A DNA stretch of 64,000 nt, from contig CM052816.1 in the NCBI GenBank assembly GCA_028534125.1, positions 10,788,001-10,852,000 on the forward strand. Reading direction: 5' to 3'. The translations under genes were made by a program, and so were the position numbers. Source of the stretch: Lama glama. Its lineage: Eukaryota. Under the pieces are notes generated by a model that was given only the letters and a program-made list of their open reading frames with translations, did not search any database and was not told the DNA's origin. Below, piece by piece: positions 62,200-64,000 of this stretch (position 1 is its first letter; every line of letters starts with the position of its first letter).

Positions 62200-62415
62200 G
62201 TTATTATGCTCCAACCCTAGTCCCCCTGTTCCACAATCCTCGCCCCACACGACAGCCAGTACTATCTTTAAATATATGCGTATGTGTGTAATAGATATTT
62301 ATATAGAATACATATTCATTTGTATCACTTTTTAGATTCCACATGTAAGCTATATCATAGGATGTTTGACTTTATCTGACTGACTGCTCTTGGTCTATCC
62401 ATGTTGCTGCAAATT
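62200..62415 (-). mobile_element. L1MA-like 3' UTR fragment
   Basis: TTTTTAGATTCCACATGTAAG..ATCATAG and TCCATGTTGCTGCAAAT. Confidence 0.65.
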
Positions 62416-62429
62416 CATTACTTTTAATT

Positions 62430-62555
62430 TAATTCTTCCACCTGAATGCAAGCCTCCTGAGGAGAAGGGACCCATCTGGTACATCCTCAGAGCTTGGTAG
62501 TGTGCCCAGCAGACAGCCGCTCAGCAATACCTTGAATGAACGAATGACGAATGTG
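62430..62555 (+). mobile_element. L2 3' terminus
   Basis: GAATGCAAGCCTCCTGAGG...GTGCCCAGCAGACAGCCGCTCAGCAATACCTTGAATGAACGAATG. Confidence 0.65.
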
Positions 62556-62594
62556 ACCTTCCCAACCTAAAATGCAGCTCATTGTACCCAACAG

Positions 62595-62850
62595 TAACAG
62601 TAGCAGCGGTTACCAAGTGTTCACGATGCACCAGACACTCCCTTGAGGCCTCTGCATGAATTCACTCATTTATTTCTCATGAAAACCCTATGAGGTTTGT
62701 GTGATTATTACCAGCCCCATTTTTCAGATGAGAAAACTAAGCAATTAGATCATCTTAAATATTTAACAGGTAAATAATATGCTCAAGTCGACGCAGCTAG
62801 AGGATGACAGAGCCAGGCTTCAAGCCCAGGCATCCAGGCTCTGGAGCCCC
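62595..62850 (-). mobile_element. MIR SINE
   Basis: CCCATTTTTCAGATGAGAAAACT...ACAGAGCCAGGCTTCAAGCCCAGG. Confidence 0.85.
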
Positions 62851-63139
62851 TGCAGTTACCTTCTAACCTTCTAACCTTCCTGTCTTCCTGTAGCCAAGGT
62901 CACATACACATTTGAGTTCCTGGAAAGAAACTGGAAACCTGCAGCAGCAGGGGGAAATGAACAGTCTCACACCTGCTACAGTGTACTCTTTCCCAGCCTG
63001 GGGAGGCTACCGCCAGGCATCGTTATTTCTTTAGTGTGTCCATGTGAAAGGACAACCAGAGTAATCTCTGCAGAGACTGGGATTGAAAGAATCATTGTCC
63101 CCTCATCAGAAAGCGTAATTAAGAGCCTCTCTGCCCATT

Positions 63140-63210
63140 AAATGAGGCAGTGAATGCTAACGCACTTTGTAGAGTGTAAAACGCTCTATAAATGTTAGTT
63201 ATTCTTACTC
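63140..63210 (+). mobile_element. MIR3-like 3' tail
   Basis: GCACTTTGTAGAGTGTAAAACGCTCTATAAATGTTAGTTATT. Confidence 0.6.
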
Positions 63211-64000
63211 CCGAGTTCCATGGGACAGTGGCTTATGTTACAGAACTGCTGGTTTAGAATCTTTCAGAAGCACTAAATCTACTCAGTAGTCAAGGAAAGG
63301 AAATCCCTCTGGTTTATTCCCTCCCATCATCCTGAAAACTAAACAGAAATTAATTCTTCTCCCATGTTTCCAAAATCCAGGGTCAGAGATATGCAAATTT
63401 TAATATGCAGCCTGCTTCTAAATGATACATGAAAGGGATTTTTGAAATGAATGTGCTGTGATTGAATTTCTGGTCAGTCACCCAAAAGGCATTTTGCACT
63501 AAGCTCTGGACCCAATTCCACTGAAAATGCATGAAGCTTTGGTGCCTGCAGCCAGTCTAGCCATTGACAGGGATCAGGGTCCTGGCCACAGAACTTCCAT
63601 TAAACGATGCAGACCCCCAGGCTCAGAGTTGAAAAACAAATTAGCACAAGCCTAAAAGAAATCCAATAAAAAGTTACTTTAAAAATACTTTTTCCATAAC
63701 CTTAGCCTGACAACGTAACCTCTTTGATTTTAAACTACTTGATAAGAGCAGTGTGCATTAATAGATAACTTGGTTTTCTCAATGGAGGTACCTTTGTCCC
63801 TTTCAGAAGAATCTGGCTACTCTGTGGGAGTAAGAATATTGCCAATCAGGGTTGTCCAATTAAAGGTCTCTTTGACCTGCTTCACCAATAGATAAGAAAC
63901 ATGGCTAAAAATACTCACTTATTGTATACAACCTATTATGCTGAGGTGATTTCTAAGAGTAACTGACAGGAGTTGGCTTTCCTGCATAGGTCAGAGAGGT

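Noticed and set aside
189-62291. ORF track as host protein-coding genes
   Set aside because: All ORFs are under 140 aa, many start at non-ATG codons, overlap repeats or N gaps, and show no recognisable host domains or consistent exon structure. Only ERV, L1 and L2 relics are recognisable.
1-64000. CRISPR array, operon or other prokaryotic-type system
   Set aside because: The sequence is mammalian repeat-rich non-coding DNA with no regularly spaced repeat-spacer array or gene-dense region.

Overview
This is 64 kb of AT-rich, CpG-depleted placental-mammal DNA, either intronic or intergenic, with two N gaps (15007-15186 and 35361-35498). I found no host protein-coding exon, RNA gene or CRISPR-like array. 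The ORF track is essentially chance ORFs plus decayed transposon reading frames. Five short L1 3'-end copies of cetartiodactyl type, together with no Bov-tA, BovB, PRE-1 or CHR-like elements that I could recognise, suggest a camelid genome; this is inference from memory of consensus sequences. The largest feature is a two-LTR class I (ERV1, MER4-group-like) provirus on the minus strand (46372-55139). It has a tRNA-Leu-like PBS, decayed gag, no recognisable protease/RT, an integrase C-terminal remnant and an env TM remnant with an immunosuppressive domain. It was later hit by three L1 fragments and by an inverted ~260-bp copy of its own sequence that interrupts gag. The window also holds two MER41-like solo LTRs with perfect 4-bp TSDs, only one of which keeps an intact STAT/GAS motif. 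There is a composite old L1 that splits a CR1/L3, plus many MIR, L2, MER5/MER3/MER102 and MLT1 relics. Several repeat-free, homeobox/POU/SOX-motif-rich blocks look like conserved enhancers. I do not see convincing evidence of a new biological system. The best leads are structural oddities and candidate regulatory elements or a non-coding exon. Repeat family names come from recalled consensus features, not a database search, and boundaries of old repeats are approximate.
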